From positions 202,103 to 266,102 of the forward strand of contig BCKQ01000018.1 in the NCBI GenBank assembly GCA_001600695.1: a DNA stretch of 64,000 nt, written 5' to 3'. The position numbers were made by a program, and so were the translations under genes. The notes beneath the pieces are model-generated. The model saw only the letters and a program-made list of their open reading frames with translations, did no database searches and was not told the DNA's origin. Source of the DNA: Ascoidea asiatica JCM 7603. Lineage: Eukaryota > Fungi > Ascomycota. This document shows positions 46,784 through 59,204 of the stretch, one piece after another. Positions within the stretch are counted from its first letter, which is position 1; each line of letters starts with the position of its first letter.

Positions 46784-47712
46784 TGTTAAAATTGTTTTCA
46801 TTTATTTTATTTTTTTTTTTATGCTTTTAGAGGCAATTATTATTTCTTTATTTTTATTTCTTTTAAGTTTAATTCAAATATAATTCAACTATGAAACGTG
46901 ACTTATTTTTTTATATCAAATGTTGGATGTTCAATGTATATGTTGTCAGTTGTTGTCAGTGGTTGTTGCTCGTTGTCACTCGTTGTCAAAAATATTTGAA
47001 TTAACCTTTTTCTTATTATATTTTCGTTTCGCTCAATCACTAATATTGCTAAAATTACTTCAATTAAAATTGGATCCTGCACCTACTTATTTTCGAGCAA
47101 CAAATGTTGAATGTGCCTTCAATCCCTCACTGGTTGATAGCCAATTGGAAAAATCAATTATAAAAAAAGCATTAATTCCAACACGTTGGGAGCAAAGTGA
47201 CGATAATTTCGCAGCTGAAATAAAAGGGAGATTAGATAATTTCCTATTAAAATACTGTAAAGCACCGAATTGGTATCGCATATATAACTCAACAAAAGTG
47301 AAATTGATTAGCCAACTATTCAGGAATAATCTGATTGGTTTATCCTTTAACAGTTGGGCTTGGTTGTTAGAGAGTTGGAATGTTAAGTTCTACTTCTGAA
47401 TATTTTTGCCGTTGCTACAGAGGTACTAAAACTAAAAAGAGAAAATTAAGAGCAATTGACATTTCAAGTGATAAAGAAGATTAATTGTCCTATTCTCAGA
47501 AAACTATATAACTATGTCTGTTTTTGTCTACACTGTTTTTAATTTTATATAGTTTTGAAATTATCGAGTTTTATATTTACTATTTTACTTATGTTAATTC
47601 ATAATATTTATTATTAATATATTTATAATATTGACCTCATTTTTCATTATCTTTGAAAATTTTTAAACTAAAACAACTTAATTTATTCCATTATGTCTCA
47701 CGAATCCCAACA
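46784..47712 (+). repeat. 3' LTR (929 bp)
   Basis: TGTTAAAATT...GAATCCCAACA followed by TSD AAAAC. Confidence 0.95.
47070..47484 (+). pseudogene. Disrupted LTR-encoded ORF, copy 2
   Basis: ATG changed to TTG; open for about 109 codons, then one extra base near 47390, then CRCYRGTKTKKRKLRAIDISSDKED*. Confidence 0.6.
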
Positions 47713-50513
47713 AAAACACTACCGAACTGAATACAGTATCCCTAAATTTTTATAAATACCTGTTTATAGTTCCATCTGATACCCGTTGAAACCGGAACAA
47801 ATAGTATGTAAATTTCACTTTTATTTACTGTAATACTTGCAGCTCTTATCTTAAAACAATATTTATTGCATTGAATAAATATGGTCATTCTCTTACTTTT
47901 TACAAACAGCTTACCATTTGAAGAGTGATTGGTCATTTCACTTTAATAAACTGGGTAACATATTTATTTGAGAACTTTCTTGGAAATTGTTGCGAAGAAA
48001 GTGTTTTTGAAATTAATAACACATTTTGTAACACGGGCTCAAATTTACTCTTAAGTTCTTCTCAACTAGGACTATTTATGAAATAAGCTGTTGAACAAAT
48101 AATTTTTATTTATTGTTCTCATTTTTGGATAAAATTGAATTCCAGAAAATAGTTTAATTAAAAGACAAAAAGTAAGAAAAAATTGAGAAAAGGGGCCTAC
48201 TCAAAGTTAAATAATTACAATCGTTTAGTAAAGCCTCAGTTTACTCGAAAAAGATTAGAAAAGTTTTAAAATTCGTCCATGTTTTAACCAAATCAAGATG
48301 TCTTTTAGAATTTCCACTTTTTTTTATAAAATTTACCGACACAATAAAATATTGTAGGCAATTTTCAAAGAAAACTTGAACATTTGTTAGTATGGGATGA
48401 CAATACTTTAAAAAGTAATGATTTCTAGAAAAAAATTTGGTCAATACAGTTTAACTGTATTTTAAAACTGTATAGTCTGACGTTACAATGAGAATTATCT
48501 TTTTTATTAACATCGGAATTTCACCATACAATTACAACAGTAAGGTAAAAAGTTTCTTCTTTAAACTTCTCTTTCTAGACTTAACACCCAATCAAAGTAC
48601 AAATATTTATTACTAGGTTATTCAATTTTCAAACTTAATGATTATTTGAAACATGAATAATATGATAAAGCAAATCAATCAAGTGTTTATTTCGTACGGT
48701 ATGCTTAAAATTTCTTTTTTCTTACAGTTTTAATAAAAATTTGAATTTTACTACTCTATTTGAAAATTCTACATGATTAGTAATGCCATTTGTTGCTTTT
48801 TTTAATTTTGAAGTATATTTGTAGTGATTTTTGGGTTGTATCCGAGGATTTTCAAACTTTACTATGTGTTAAGATAGGTTGCAACCGAAAGTAATTTCGT
48901 GATCAAATTAAATACATTTATGTTTCATTAAAATTGATTCAAAAACGTACAAAGTAGAAAAAATTAGTGTAAGGTTTAAAATCAAATAAAGAAATGACTA
49001 AAATGCTTCAGAGAGGCAATCCAGTAGTAATAAAAGAATAAAATTTGAATAAAAGCAGATAAGGGGTGAAAATATATTTAGTTCAATTTCAAAACTTCGT
49101 CTAATTAATTTAGTTACAAAGCTTGCAAAAAAATTTCAATTAATTAATTAATCAATAATGGACCAAAAAAAATAAAACTCCTTTAACTTTTAAATTGCTC
49201 TTGGCACTTTTTATTCTCCACTTTCTCGAGACTCTTAAAGCTATTATTTTTCAAATGTAAAAAAACTTCACGTTGATCAAGACTAAAGTGATCATTCCAG
49301 TAAGTAAAAGTAAATAAATTAACTTGAATAAGTTTTAAAGACGCTTATTTTCAACTAGATAATTTATAGATTCTTTCTGTTTCCTTTTAAATATATTTCA
49401 AAAAGAATCGAATAAATCTACGATTATACAATTTGGGAATCAATATGTAACTGTTATTAGTAGCAGTAATGATATTATGAATAATGCTTAATCTAATAAT
49501 AATAATGAAGGTAATGAAAATTATAAAGTCAACAAAGATAATGATAATAGCGAAAACAATAATATCAGATTAATTTGGAAAGCAAGTAGAATAGAAAATA
49601 TAGATAGAGATAAATAAAATAAAATAGATGACCAGGGCAATGATGATTATGAAGTTCTTATACTATTTGAAGATTTTAAAACGAGCAAAATTTGAGTTAT
49701 AACAATATTTTTATATAAAATAGAATAGTCTATAGTTAAATATTACTCGCCTATTTGAGATAAAATTCAAGAATATATGAAATAAAGAACAAAAACATAC
49801 AATACAAATAAGCTAAAAATAAAAATAAAAATAGATTCTCGAATAAATTTATAACATTTTCAATTTTACTAATATATTGTTTAACAAAACGTGTTCTTCC
49901 TTTTTGTCATATTTTCTCTTAAAATTGAATAACAATTTATAACAATAATATAAACTAAATACCAAAAAACATATTAATTTTTGAATTAGATTAAATTTCT
50001 AAATCTAAAATTGAGCGAATTGAAATATCAGATGAATTATTGGACTTGATTGTTTCTCAATTATGATCAAAATCCAGTGAATTAATTATTAATACTAAAA
50101 ATTAATATAAAAAATTGATAATATTCAAATAGCAAGTTATTTTATCAAACAAACAATTTAGAAGGATTATCTTGTTTGATTTTGTTTTAAATATAAAAGA
50201 TTATTAGTTAACTTATTTGACATTGGGTTTGCTAAGATACTTGTGAATGAAGAAGTAATTAAGAAGATTATATACTCTGAGTAGCAAATTGAATTGAATT
50301 TAAGATTAAATTGGAAGTATTGAATTTAAATTTATAATAATTGAAAATAATATAATACTTTTATAGGTATGAGGATTGAAAATATTATGGGAATATTATT
50401 TTGATTAACAGTATTTGAATTAAAAGAATTATTAAAATTTAGAATTGGATAAAAAACTTCTTTCTCTAAAATTGATCTAAATATGGTGCTTCATGAAATG
50501 TTTCAAAATCGTT

Positions 50514-51679
50514 CTATGATATTAATACCGAGCAATGCTTTGGTAATAAAATACATAATTTATTTGAATCACATTCAAATTTGAAATGATATGAACAATC
50601 CCTGTAAATTATACCAATATTCTGTTCATGTAATTCAAGAATTTTTGAACCAAATAAACAAACTCCACGATCAATTGAATTAAATCTCTCAATCATATAA
50701 TTTTTCTAAATTATTTAATGTAAATCTTTCTTTTTACAAATAATCTCATCAAATATATATCTAAATCTTTTGGTAAATTAATCAGTTTTATCTTCATTTT
50801 CATTTTCAATTTTCAGAAATTACTCTTTTATTGATATTGAAATAGGTTAATCTTGGATTAGAATCTTCATTATTATTTTTATTATTGTTCATTTTCAAAT
50901 CTATATCCTCATATCATTGTGTTTTCAACACCAATTACTCATTTGTTTCTTTTTCTTGGTCCTTATATACAAGTACTTCATTAGAAATACTCAAATCATT
51001 TATTTTAGTATTTTCAAAGTTTACATCTAATTTATTCAATAAAATAAAGAAAGATTGGGAAAATGTCCAATAAAGAAAACTCTTATAAATGTAGATTATG
51101 AAACTTTATAAACTTTTAAAAATACACTGTTAACTAAAATTTCAAAAAATCTTTTTCACTTAAAATATTCGAAAGAAAAAAATACTTGAATTTTATTCTT
51201 TGATATTTGAAAATAATTTACCATATTCACTTGTACCTATAGGTAAATTCATTTTACCAAATGACATTGAAAGTGCAAATAAATCTCTAAATTTCTTAAA
51301 TTCAAATAAAATTCTCAATAAAGTTAATTATAAATCTGAAAGTTAATAAGGCACAATATTTGATAAATTTTCAATATTATTATGTCCACCTCTTCTTAAA
51401 AAAACTTCAACACCTTCAATTGTATTTGTAAGTAATTCACTTAATAAATTATAAAGATATGAAGAAGTAATAACTGTAAGACTATCATAAAATATTCTGA
51501 AATATCAACAACATAATTTTTGAGCAAGTAACAAATGAACTGAATTTTTCAAACCCTGAATACCAATTCAAATCAACACTTTTCCTATTATTTGAATTTT
51601 TGGTTGAAGTCAAATTGATTTGATTCCAGAAAATTGGTAATTAAGCATTATTGGTATATTTACATTGGACTATTACCAT
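50514..51679 (-). pseudogene. Decayed gene of unknown family
   Basis: AAAAAATG at 51679; long host-codon-biased stretches (e.g. SLTVITSSYLYNLLSELLTNTIEGVEVFLRRGGHNNIENLSNIVPY and MIERFNSIDRGVCLFGSKIL) broken by many stops and frameshifts. Confidence 0.5.
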
Positions 51680-52472
51680 TTTTTGAAAGTCTTTTGTTTT
51701 TGGTTGTAAATTATTTTTGATTTTTTTTTCAACAATTTCATTACTTTCTTTTTTGTAGAGGTAGCTGTTTTTTTTCTTCTATTGTTATCTTTTTCTCTCA
51801 AATTTTGACTGTATCCAATTTCAAAAGTTGAACAGTGAAACCATTATAAACTCTAGATAGATATATTGTAAAATTAACAGAGGTTCTATCATCTAGAAAG
51901 ACTTCAGAAGTAGCTCTGAATTTAATAGATTAAGCATTTTTGATTATTGCTTAAGGATTCGCACATCTCTAAAAGATCATTGATTAAATGAACTAGAATT
52001 ATAGGGATGATTTTCAAAGCACAAGTATGAATTAAATCTAAGGTTAAATTGAGATTCCATAAATATTATTTTCATCACAGAAATATAAGCAGCTATTTAT
52101 AAATAATAATATTAACGTTAGTATAAATAAAAGGAATGCCAGGTGACTATTCAAATGTTCAGACTATTAAAAGAGTGGTATTTAGTAATAAAAGTGGTTC
52201 TCTAGGAATGTGGGTGTAGTTTAGCACTTTAATGCATGTTCTGTAATAGTCATAAAAAAATAAGTGTAGAGTAATAGGATAATGGTTGTGTAAATCCGAT
52301 TAATTCGTTTGAATTTTAGTGTTCAATTACAATCAGAAAATTGAAATTTATTCATTACTTTACTATTTTACAATGATTTTTGAAAAAATTCAAAAAATTT
52401 AGTTCATTATTAATTGCTTATTTTAATATTATATTGAAGGAAAGGTGTGGCATTTTGATTCGAATACTAAAA

Positions 52473-53375
52473 ATGTCTAAAAAAATCAATAATAGTGGAG
52501 AAACTAAAAAACCAGATCCGTTTAAATCATTTATTGCAGGTGGTGTAGCAGGTGGTGTTGAAGGATGTGTAACTTATCCTTTTGAATTTGCTAAAACTAG
52601 ATTACAATTAATTGATAAAAATTCTAAAAGTTCAAAAAATCCTCTAAAATTGATATATAATGTAGCAAAAACACAAGGTATTTCTGCATTATATGTTGGA
52701 TGTCCAGCATTTGTTGTTGGTAATACAGTTAAAGCAAGTGTTCGATTTTTAGGGTTTGATTCAATAAAAAGATTATTGGCAGATAAAGAAGGAAAATTAT
52801 CTGGTCCAAGAGGAGTTTTAGCTGGATTAGGAGCAGGATTATTAGAAAGTTTTTTGGCAGTTACACCATTTGAAGCAATTAAAACTGGATTAATTGATGA
52901 TAAGCAAAGTATTAAACCTAAATATCAAAATGGAATTATTAAAGGGCCAGTAACTTTAATAAAAGATATTGGAATTAAAGGAATATATGCTGGTATATTG
53001 CCAGTAACAATGAGACAAGGAGCCAATCAAGCAGTTAGATTAGGATCATATAATTCACTAAAAACCACAATTCAAAATTATTATGGTAAAAAACCAGGAG
53101 ATCCATTATCAAGTTCAATCACATTTGGTATTGGAGCAATTGCAGGTATTATTACAGTTTATACAACAATGCCAATAGATACAGTTAAAACAAGAATGCA
53201 AGCATTAGGATCCAGTGAAAAATATTCAAGTACTTTAAATTGTTTTGTTAAAATTTTCAAAGAAGAAGGATTTTTAACATATTGGAAAGGTGCAACACCC
53301 AGATTAGGTAGATTAATCTTTAGTGGAGGTATTGTTTTCACTATTTATGAGAAGATGTTGGTAATAATGGGTTGA
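52473..53375 (+). CDS. CTP1: Mitochondrial citrate carrier
   Basis: Three carrier signatures (YPFEFAKTRLQ, TPFEAIKT, MPIDTVKTRMQ), RQGANQAVR, KGATPRLGR. Confidence 0.93.
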   Translation: MSKKINNSGETKKPDPFKSFIAGGVAGGVEGCVTYPFEFAKTRLQLIDKNSKSSKNPLKLIYNVAKTQGISALYVGCPAFVVGNTVKASVRFLGFDSIKRLLADKEGKLSGPRGVLAGLGAGLLESFLAVTPFEAIKTGLIDDKQSIKPKYQNGIIKGPVTLIKDIGIKGIYAGILPVTMRQGANQAVRLGSYNSLKTTIQNYYGKKPGDPLSSSITFGIGAIAGIITVYTTMPIDTVKTRMQALGSSEKYSSTLNCFVKIFKEEGFLTYWKGATPRLGRLIFSGGIVFTIYEKMLVIMG

Positions 53376-54287
53376 AAAATTGATTACTTTTTTTTTCAAA
53401 AATTAAACTCAAATTTCTGCCTTTAATACTTTTAGCTTTTCTTTATTTTTCCTTATCCTGGATTCAGGGTAAATAGTCATATAAAGGCACGTGATTGTTT
53501 TGTATTGTGGTGATTTTATTTTTTTGTCAACACGAGAATTCAAAGACCGAAAATTGAGCCAGGTGGAGTTAACGCTAAAAGTAAATACAAGCCGAGACAT
53601 TAACTCCACTACACCGCCACTTCTAGTGGAAACAGTTTATTTATGTCTGGTAAATGTGGCAAAAGAAAAATTGCGAGTAGAAATTCAAAAAGTGAAAGCA
53701 AGATTAGCACGTGCCAAGAAATTCAATCGTTTAGCTCTGCCTTTAGTTTGGAACTGGAGGGATAAATATCCCATTACGTAACTCGTTCGAAAGCGCAGAA
53801 GCGTAACGATAGCGCGGGAGACACTGTTGCTCTACGGTAGCGTATCATCGCTCTAGGGCCATACGGTACGGAATGATTACTACTGGTACCGTGGACTTCT
53901 ACCGGTATTGAATGATTATCAATATCAGCAATATCATCAACATTATCAATAATGCTGTATTTCATATTACTGCTATCCAAAGTGATACATACCCTGAGCT
54001 GTTTGTTTATCATCCATCTCTATTTACTATTCTAAAATATAATACGTTCTTTATAAAAAAAACTATTTATTTGCTTATCGTTTTACCATTTACTTTCTGT
54101 CGTTTATTCAATTTCCAATTTGTGTTTCTCTTTTGAAATAACGATCATATATAATTCAATATTATACAATCATTATCATTTTAATTTATATTTCCAATAT
54201 TCAAGTTCCTTTCAATAAATTATCAATCAATCAATCAATCTATCATAAATAACTCTCACTATTATCCTCAAAGACTCTATTATAATA

Positions 54288-55787
54288 ATGTCTAAATATC
54301 AAAAGATATCATCAAACGAAAATAAAAACGAACATTTCACAAATAAGAATAATGAAACTCTTTTCAATAACTCAGATAATGGAAACGATAGTACTCAAAA
54401 TTATGAAAATAGTATTATAGAAAATGATGATATTAATAATATTACTGAAGATGATTTTCAAAATCCATTATTATCTTCTTTTTCTAACGATCATATAAAC
54501 GATTTCAGCTCAACTAATAATAAAAATAAATCAAAAAGTAAAACTGATAAAAAATTAAAAAAAATACTTGATCAATTTGGTTCTGATTCTGATTTAGCTT
54601 CTGATTCATTTTCTGTATCAGATTCTGACATTAATAATGAAAATGACTTATTTCTTGATGCAACTGCTTCTTCCTCAAACCTATTAAATAACTATAGTAA
54701 TAATGATGATAGTAATAATACTTCCAATGATAATATAGATAATAGATTAGTTAATCATGCAACTGATTCAAATAATACAAATAATAATTTGATTAATAAT
54801 GATTCCAATATCCATGAGGCTTTTTTCTCAGAAGGTGCAATCAATCAATCTCATATAAATAGTAATCAACCTTCTTCTTCAAATAATAATAATAATAATG
54901 GAAATAATGATATAAGTAATAATAACAATAATAATTCTGAAACTCAATCTCCTACTAGTCAAGCTTCTGTCTTTTTAGCTCATTCCCCCTTAAGAAAAAT
55001 ACTTTCAAAAATTTGGCCTTCAAGATTTAATCCATCATCAAATAATCATTTATATGGAACAGGTTCAGATAACGATGGTGTATTTTCAAATTTAATAGCA
55101 AAACCAACCATAGAACCTGAAATTGATGATGATAGACCTCCTACTTATGAAGATATAGCTTCAGATCAAGCTCCTCCATATTGGGAATCAACTGTTTTAT
55201 CTCCATATGGTGATGAAATTTTTGTTGATGGTTTACCTGTTGGAAGTTTTATAAATTTTGTATGGAATTTAATGGTTTCAACTGCTTTTCAATTTGTTGG
55301 TTTTCTTTTAACTTATCTATTACATACTTCTCATGCTGCAAAACAAGGATCAAGAGCTGGCTTAGGTATAACTGTTTTATCTTTTGGTTGGTATATGATT
55401 CCTGATTATTATAGAAATAATTTATTCTTTTTTTCTTCAAATTCTTCTTCTTCTTCAACAAATAATCAAATTGATGGTAATAATGATTCAAATTTAAGTC
55501 TAGATTCAAAATTTGAACCAAATAATCCAAATAATTATGATGTTACTGTTGATAATACTTTAAATGGTAATTTAAATGAATTTCATAGTAATTTAAATTC
55601 AAATATAGATCAATCTTCAACAACTCAAGATGATAATCAAACTGGTGAAGATACTATAATTTTTGCATATGGTATAATAGCTGTAGGTTTATTCATAGTT
55701 TTTAAAAGTTTATTTGATTATCAAAGAGCAAGACAGATGGAAAAAGTTATATCACAACCTATAATGAATTTTGTTTCTGCTGTTTAA
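54288..55787 (+). CDS. BSD2: Rsp5 adaptor for heavy-metal homeostasis (NDFIP family)
   Basis: NDGVFSNL.AKP, PPTY, APPYWE, FQFVGFLLTYLLHTSHAAKQGSRAGLG. Confidence 0.93.
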   Translation: MSKYQKISSNENKNEHFTNKNNETLFNNSDNGNDSTQNYENSIIENDDINNITEDDFQNPLLSSFSNDHINDFSSTNNKNKSKSKTDKKLKKILDQFGSDSDLASDSFSVSDSDINNENDLFLDATASSSNLLNNYSNNDDSNNTSNDNIDNRLVNHATDSNNTNNNLINNDSNIHEAFFSEGAINQSHINSNQPSSSNNNNNNGNNDISNNNNNNSETQSPTSQASVFLAHSPLRKILSKIWPSRFNPSSNNHLYGTGSDNDGVFSNLIAKPTIEPEIDDDRPPTYEDIASDQAPPYWESTVLSPYGDEIFVDGLPVGSFINFVWNLMVSTAFQFVGFLLTYLLHTSHAAKQGSRAGLGITVLSFGWYMIPDYYRNNLFFFSSNSSSSSTNNQIDGNNDSNLSLDSKFEPNNPNNYDVTVDNTLNGNLNEFHSNLNSNIDQSSTTQDDNQTGEDTIIFAYGIIAVGLFIVFKSLFDYQRARQMEKVISQPIMNFVSAV

Positions 55788-56377
55788 ACTCTAAAAATCT
55801 AATTCAATTCAATTTATTCCTTATCTTTACAAACCACACTCATATATCATTAATTGTATTAATATTCTCTGTGTTTCAACTACATTTCACACTTTGCACT
55901 AAATTTAAAACTTATTTTTATGTAGGCCTTTTGTGTTTTCTTTATCTTTTACTTCTTAAAATATAATGCTTTTTATTATATAATTTATATTATTTAAGAC
56001 TCTTCATCATAGATATCTTTTGAGAAATATTTCTATATATATTTCTCTATAGAAATTTCTTAAAAGAATATTTAATCAAAAATATTTCATTAATGAAAAT
56101 TTATTATTATTGTATAATCTTTATTATATAAATAAAAGCGCCTTGTCTAAGTGAGTTTTTTAATAACATTTTTTTTTTTTTCCTTTCTTTTTAGAAAATT
56201 TTAAATGGATATTTTTTACATTCAATCTATACTTTTTTTTTACACTTTAAGAAAAAAAAGATAATTGAAATAAATTTAGATAAATAAGAAGGAAATACAA
56301 ATTTTTTATGTTATGTTATGCTATACTGTATATTATTTATAAAAAAAGTCAATTTAAGGCACTATGTATTGATAAAA

Positions 56378-57463
56378 TTATTTTTTAATTTCATTAATTT
56401 TTTTAGTTAATTCAGGCACAATTTCAAATAAATCTCCAGTTAAACTATAACTTGCTATTTTCGAAATAGGTTCATCAGGTAATTTATTTATAGAAACAAT
56501 TGTTTTTGAATCTTTCATACCTGCTAAATGTTGAATAGCACCAGAAATACCAATTGCTATATATAAATCTGGAGCAACAACTTTACCAGTTTGACCAACT
56601 TGTAATGAATTATCACAAAATCCAGCATCAACTGCAGCTCTTGAAGCACCAATTGCTGCATTAAGTGATTTAGCTAATGGATTAAGTAATTCATCAAATT
56701 TTTCTTTGGATTTAAGTCCTCGACCACCAGAAACAACTATTTTTGAAGAACCTAAATCTGGAGTTTCAGATTTTGTTAAATTTTCAGAAATCCATTCAAT
56801 TTTTGGAATATTATCAAGATTAATATCTGGATTAAATTCTTCAATTGGTATGGAGTTTGAAGTTGAAGAAATATCGGATAATTCAATTGGTGAGAAAGAA
56901 GATGATCTAACTGTAGCTAAGATTATTTCATCTTCAGATTTGAAAGTTGCAATGGCATTTCCTGCATAGATCGGTCTTACAAATGTTTTTTCATCCTTAA
57001 TATCACTAATTTCAGATAATGGTTGAACATCTAATAATGCTCCAACTCTTGGAATCAAATTTTTACCTAATGAAGAACCATTGGCTAAGAAATGACTAAT
57101 ATCAAATTTATCTTTTGAATCTTTTATTAAATTTATTAAATATGGAGTTATCATTTCACTTAATGGATGATCAAATTTTGGATCTTCATTATATAAAATT
57201 TTCGATATTTTCAAATTTGAAGGTAAATTCAATTTTGGAAATTCCTCTTCTGCTATTTTTTTTGAGTTTGTTCCTAATATTAAACAATTAACTTCTTGAT
57301 TTAATTTTATAGCTGCTGATAAAGTAGATAATGAAGCAGGGGTTATTTTTGAATTATTTGCTTCAATAAGAGCTAAAGTTGATGCACAACATTTTTTAAT
57401 TTGACTGATTCTAGGTTGACAAAAAGCCTTTCGAACAAAGTTGGTTGAGATATTCCTAAACAT
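56378..57463 (-). CDS. AIM45: Electron transfer flavoprotein alpha subunit
   Basis: RPIYAGNA, VVSGGRGLKS, GASRAAVDAG, QVGQTGKVVAPDLYIAIGISGAIQHLAGMKDSK. Confidence 0.95.
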   Translation of the reverse strand: MFRNISTNFVRKAFCQPRISQIKKCCASTLALIEANNSKITPASLSTLSAAIKLNQEVNCLILGTNSKKIAEEEFPKLNLPSNLKISKILYNEDPKFDHPLSEMITPYLINLIKDSKDKFDISHFLANGSSLGKNLIPRVGALLDVQPLSEISDIKDEKTFVRPIYAGNAIATFKSEDEIILATVRSSSFSPIELSDISSTSNSIPIEEFNPDINLDNIPKIEWISENLTKSETPDLGSSKIVVSGGRGLKSKEKFDELLNPLAKSLNAAIGASRAAVDAGFCDNSLQVGQTGKVVAPDLYIAIGISGAIQHLAGMKDSKTIVSINKLPDEPISKIASYSLTGDLFEIVPELTKKINEIKK

Positions 57464-57952
57464 ATTTGAAGTCTTGACTTTTGATTGAGTACAAATTGCT
57501 TTTTTTTATTTGTTATTATTGGCCTTTATAATCAGTCTTATATAAATTTTTATTCTCAGCTATTTAGCTTTCAAAATCAACAAAATATGGTGCATTCAAC
57601 TCGAAATACAAGTAATAATTGACCAAATTCTGGGTGCAACTTCTTCGAAAAAGGTGATTCGATGAGACGGAATATGTTCCGGATTTGAAATTTGAATATT
57701 CAATTTATCCGCTGAAAAATAAAGACGGAAAAGGTTTCCACGTGATAAAATATTGAAGTATTTTGACTGGTTTTTGATAAATCTCTGAGTTTTGTCCTTT
57801 TTTTTCGTTTGGTCAGATTAAGTTGAAATTAATCATAAATTCAAAGAAATACCAATCCAAATTTAGAAGAATATATTCATTGAAAGCCTTTCATTTTAGG
57901 TTTAGAAACCAATAGACCAAAAAAATTGAATCAGATTAATCTAAGTGGCAGA

Positions 57953-59107
57953 ATGATGATAAGAGGATTGAGAATACCAAGTAATATTGGAAATTCTCGT
58001 TCAACATGGAATATTTTATCAACCCCACTAATATTTAAGAATAATTTTTCCTCATCCTTAATAAGTAAAAATGAAAATAAAAATTCAAATAGAAATATTA
58101 GTGAAAACTCAACAGAAACCAAGGTAAATGATGCAGTGGATCTTTCCAAATTAAAATTATATGAAATGTATAAAAATCAACAAGCTCCAGGATATTTAAC
58201 TATAGATAGAGATATTGGTAAACTACCGATATCACCAAATTATTCGTCAAAAGCATCATTAATAAATTCAACATTAAAAAAAAGAAAACCAATGAATAGA
58301 AGATTTCAAGATCAGAATAATGATGATGAAGGAGAATCTAATTTATTAAATGAAACAAGAGTTGTACCTGAATTAATTTCATATTATTCACAAAATCCAT
58401 TACATGAAAATAATATGAATTTTTTGACTAAATTATTAAATAAATATATTAATTTACCATATAAAAAAGAATCAGCCCAATTAATGAATTGGTTAACTTA
58501 TAATCAATATTTATTAATTGGAGGTGATACTAGATTAAAACCAATTCAATATGAAGAGTTAATAAAAATTTTAAATAGATTAGGTTCAATTGATAAAGAA
58601 TTATGGACAGAAGAATTAACAAATTCATTGAGAAAATTCGAAAAAAAAAATGATGTAGATGAAGATAATGAATCAAATATATCAAGTTCAATTAAAAGTT
58701 TGGATCAATTTGGTAGAGCAGTTAGTGTAGGTAGAAGAAAGACATCATCATCAAAAGTTTATTTAGTTAAATCAAATAAAGAAAATGAAGGAGAAATTTT
58801 TGTTAATGGATTACCAATTGATGAATATTTTCCAAGATTAACAGATAGATTAAAAATAATGTATCCATTAAATGTTGTTAATAGTGAAAATAAATATAAT
58901 ATATGGGTTAAAGTAACTGGAGGAGGTAAAACTGGACAATGTGATGCAATTAAAAATGGTATTTCAAAATGTTTAATAATTCATAATCCTTTATTAAAAT
59001 CTAGATTAAGAAAAGCAGGTTGTGTTACAAGAGATTCAAGAATTGTTGAAAGAAAGAAACCTGGTAAACTCAAATCAAGAAAATCTCCAACTTGGGTTAA
59101 ACGTTAG
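57953..59107 (+). CDS. MRPS9: Mitochondrial ribosomal protein uS9m
   Basis: GRRKTS, VTGGGKTGQ, RDSRIVERKKPG...PTWVKR; first ATG at 57953. Confidence 0.95.
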   Translation: MMIRGLRIPSNIGNSRSTWNILSTPLIFKNNFSSSLISKNENKNSNRNISENSTETKVNDAVDLSKLKLYEMYKNQQAPGYLTIDRDIGKLPISPNYSSKASLINSTLKKRKPMNRRFQDQNNDDEGESNLLNETRVVPELISYYSQNPLHENNMNFLTKLLNKYINLPYKKESAQLMNWLTYNQYLLIGGDTRLKPIQYEELIKILNRLGSIDKELWTEELTNSLRKFEKKNDVDEDNESNISSSIKSLDQFGRAVSVGRRKTSSSKVYLVKSNKENEGEIFVNGLPIDEYFPRLTDRLKIMYPLNVVNSENKYNIWVKVTGGGKTGQCDAIKNGISKCLIIHNPLLKSRLRKAGCVTRDSRIVERKKPGKLKSRKSPTWVKR

Positions 59108-59204
59108 AATATTGATTTTTTATTATTTATATCTATATGTACAATTTTCTGGATAAATAACTTGTAAATAAATAAAAAACAAAATCCAAGAAATTAATTT
59201 TCAT

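Larger units (their letters stand above)
41555..47712 (+). mobile_element. Full-length, inactivated Ty1/copia LTR retrotransposon
   Basis: Paired TG...CA LTRs, 5-bp TSD AAAAC (41550-41554 and 47713-47717), PBS, PPT, and gag-PR-IN-RT-RH domain order. Confidence 0.96.

Noticed and set aside
53409-54136. Four short ORFs between CTP1 and BSD2
   Set aside because: Promoter sequence; non-ATG or motif-free chance ORFs.
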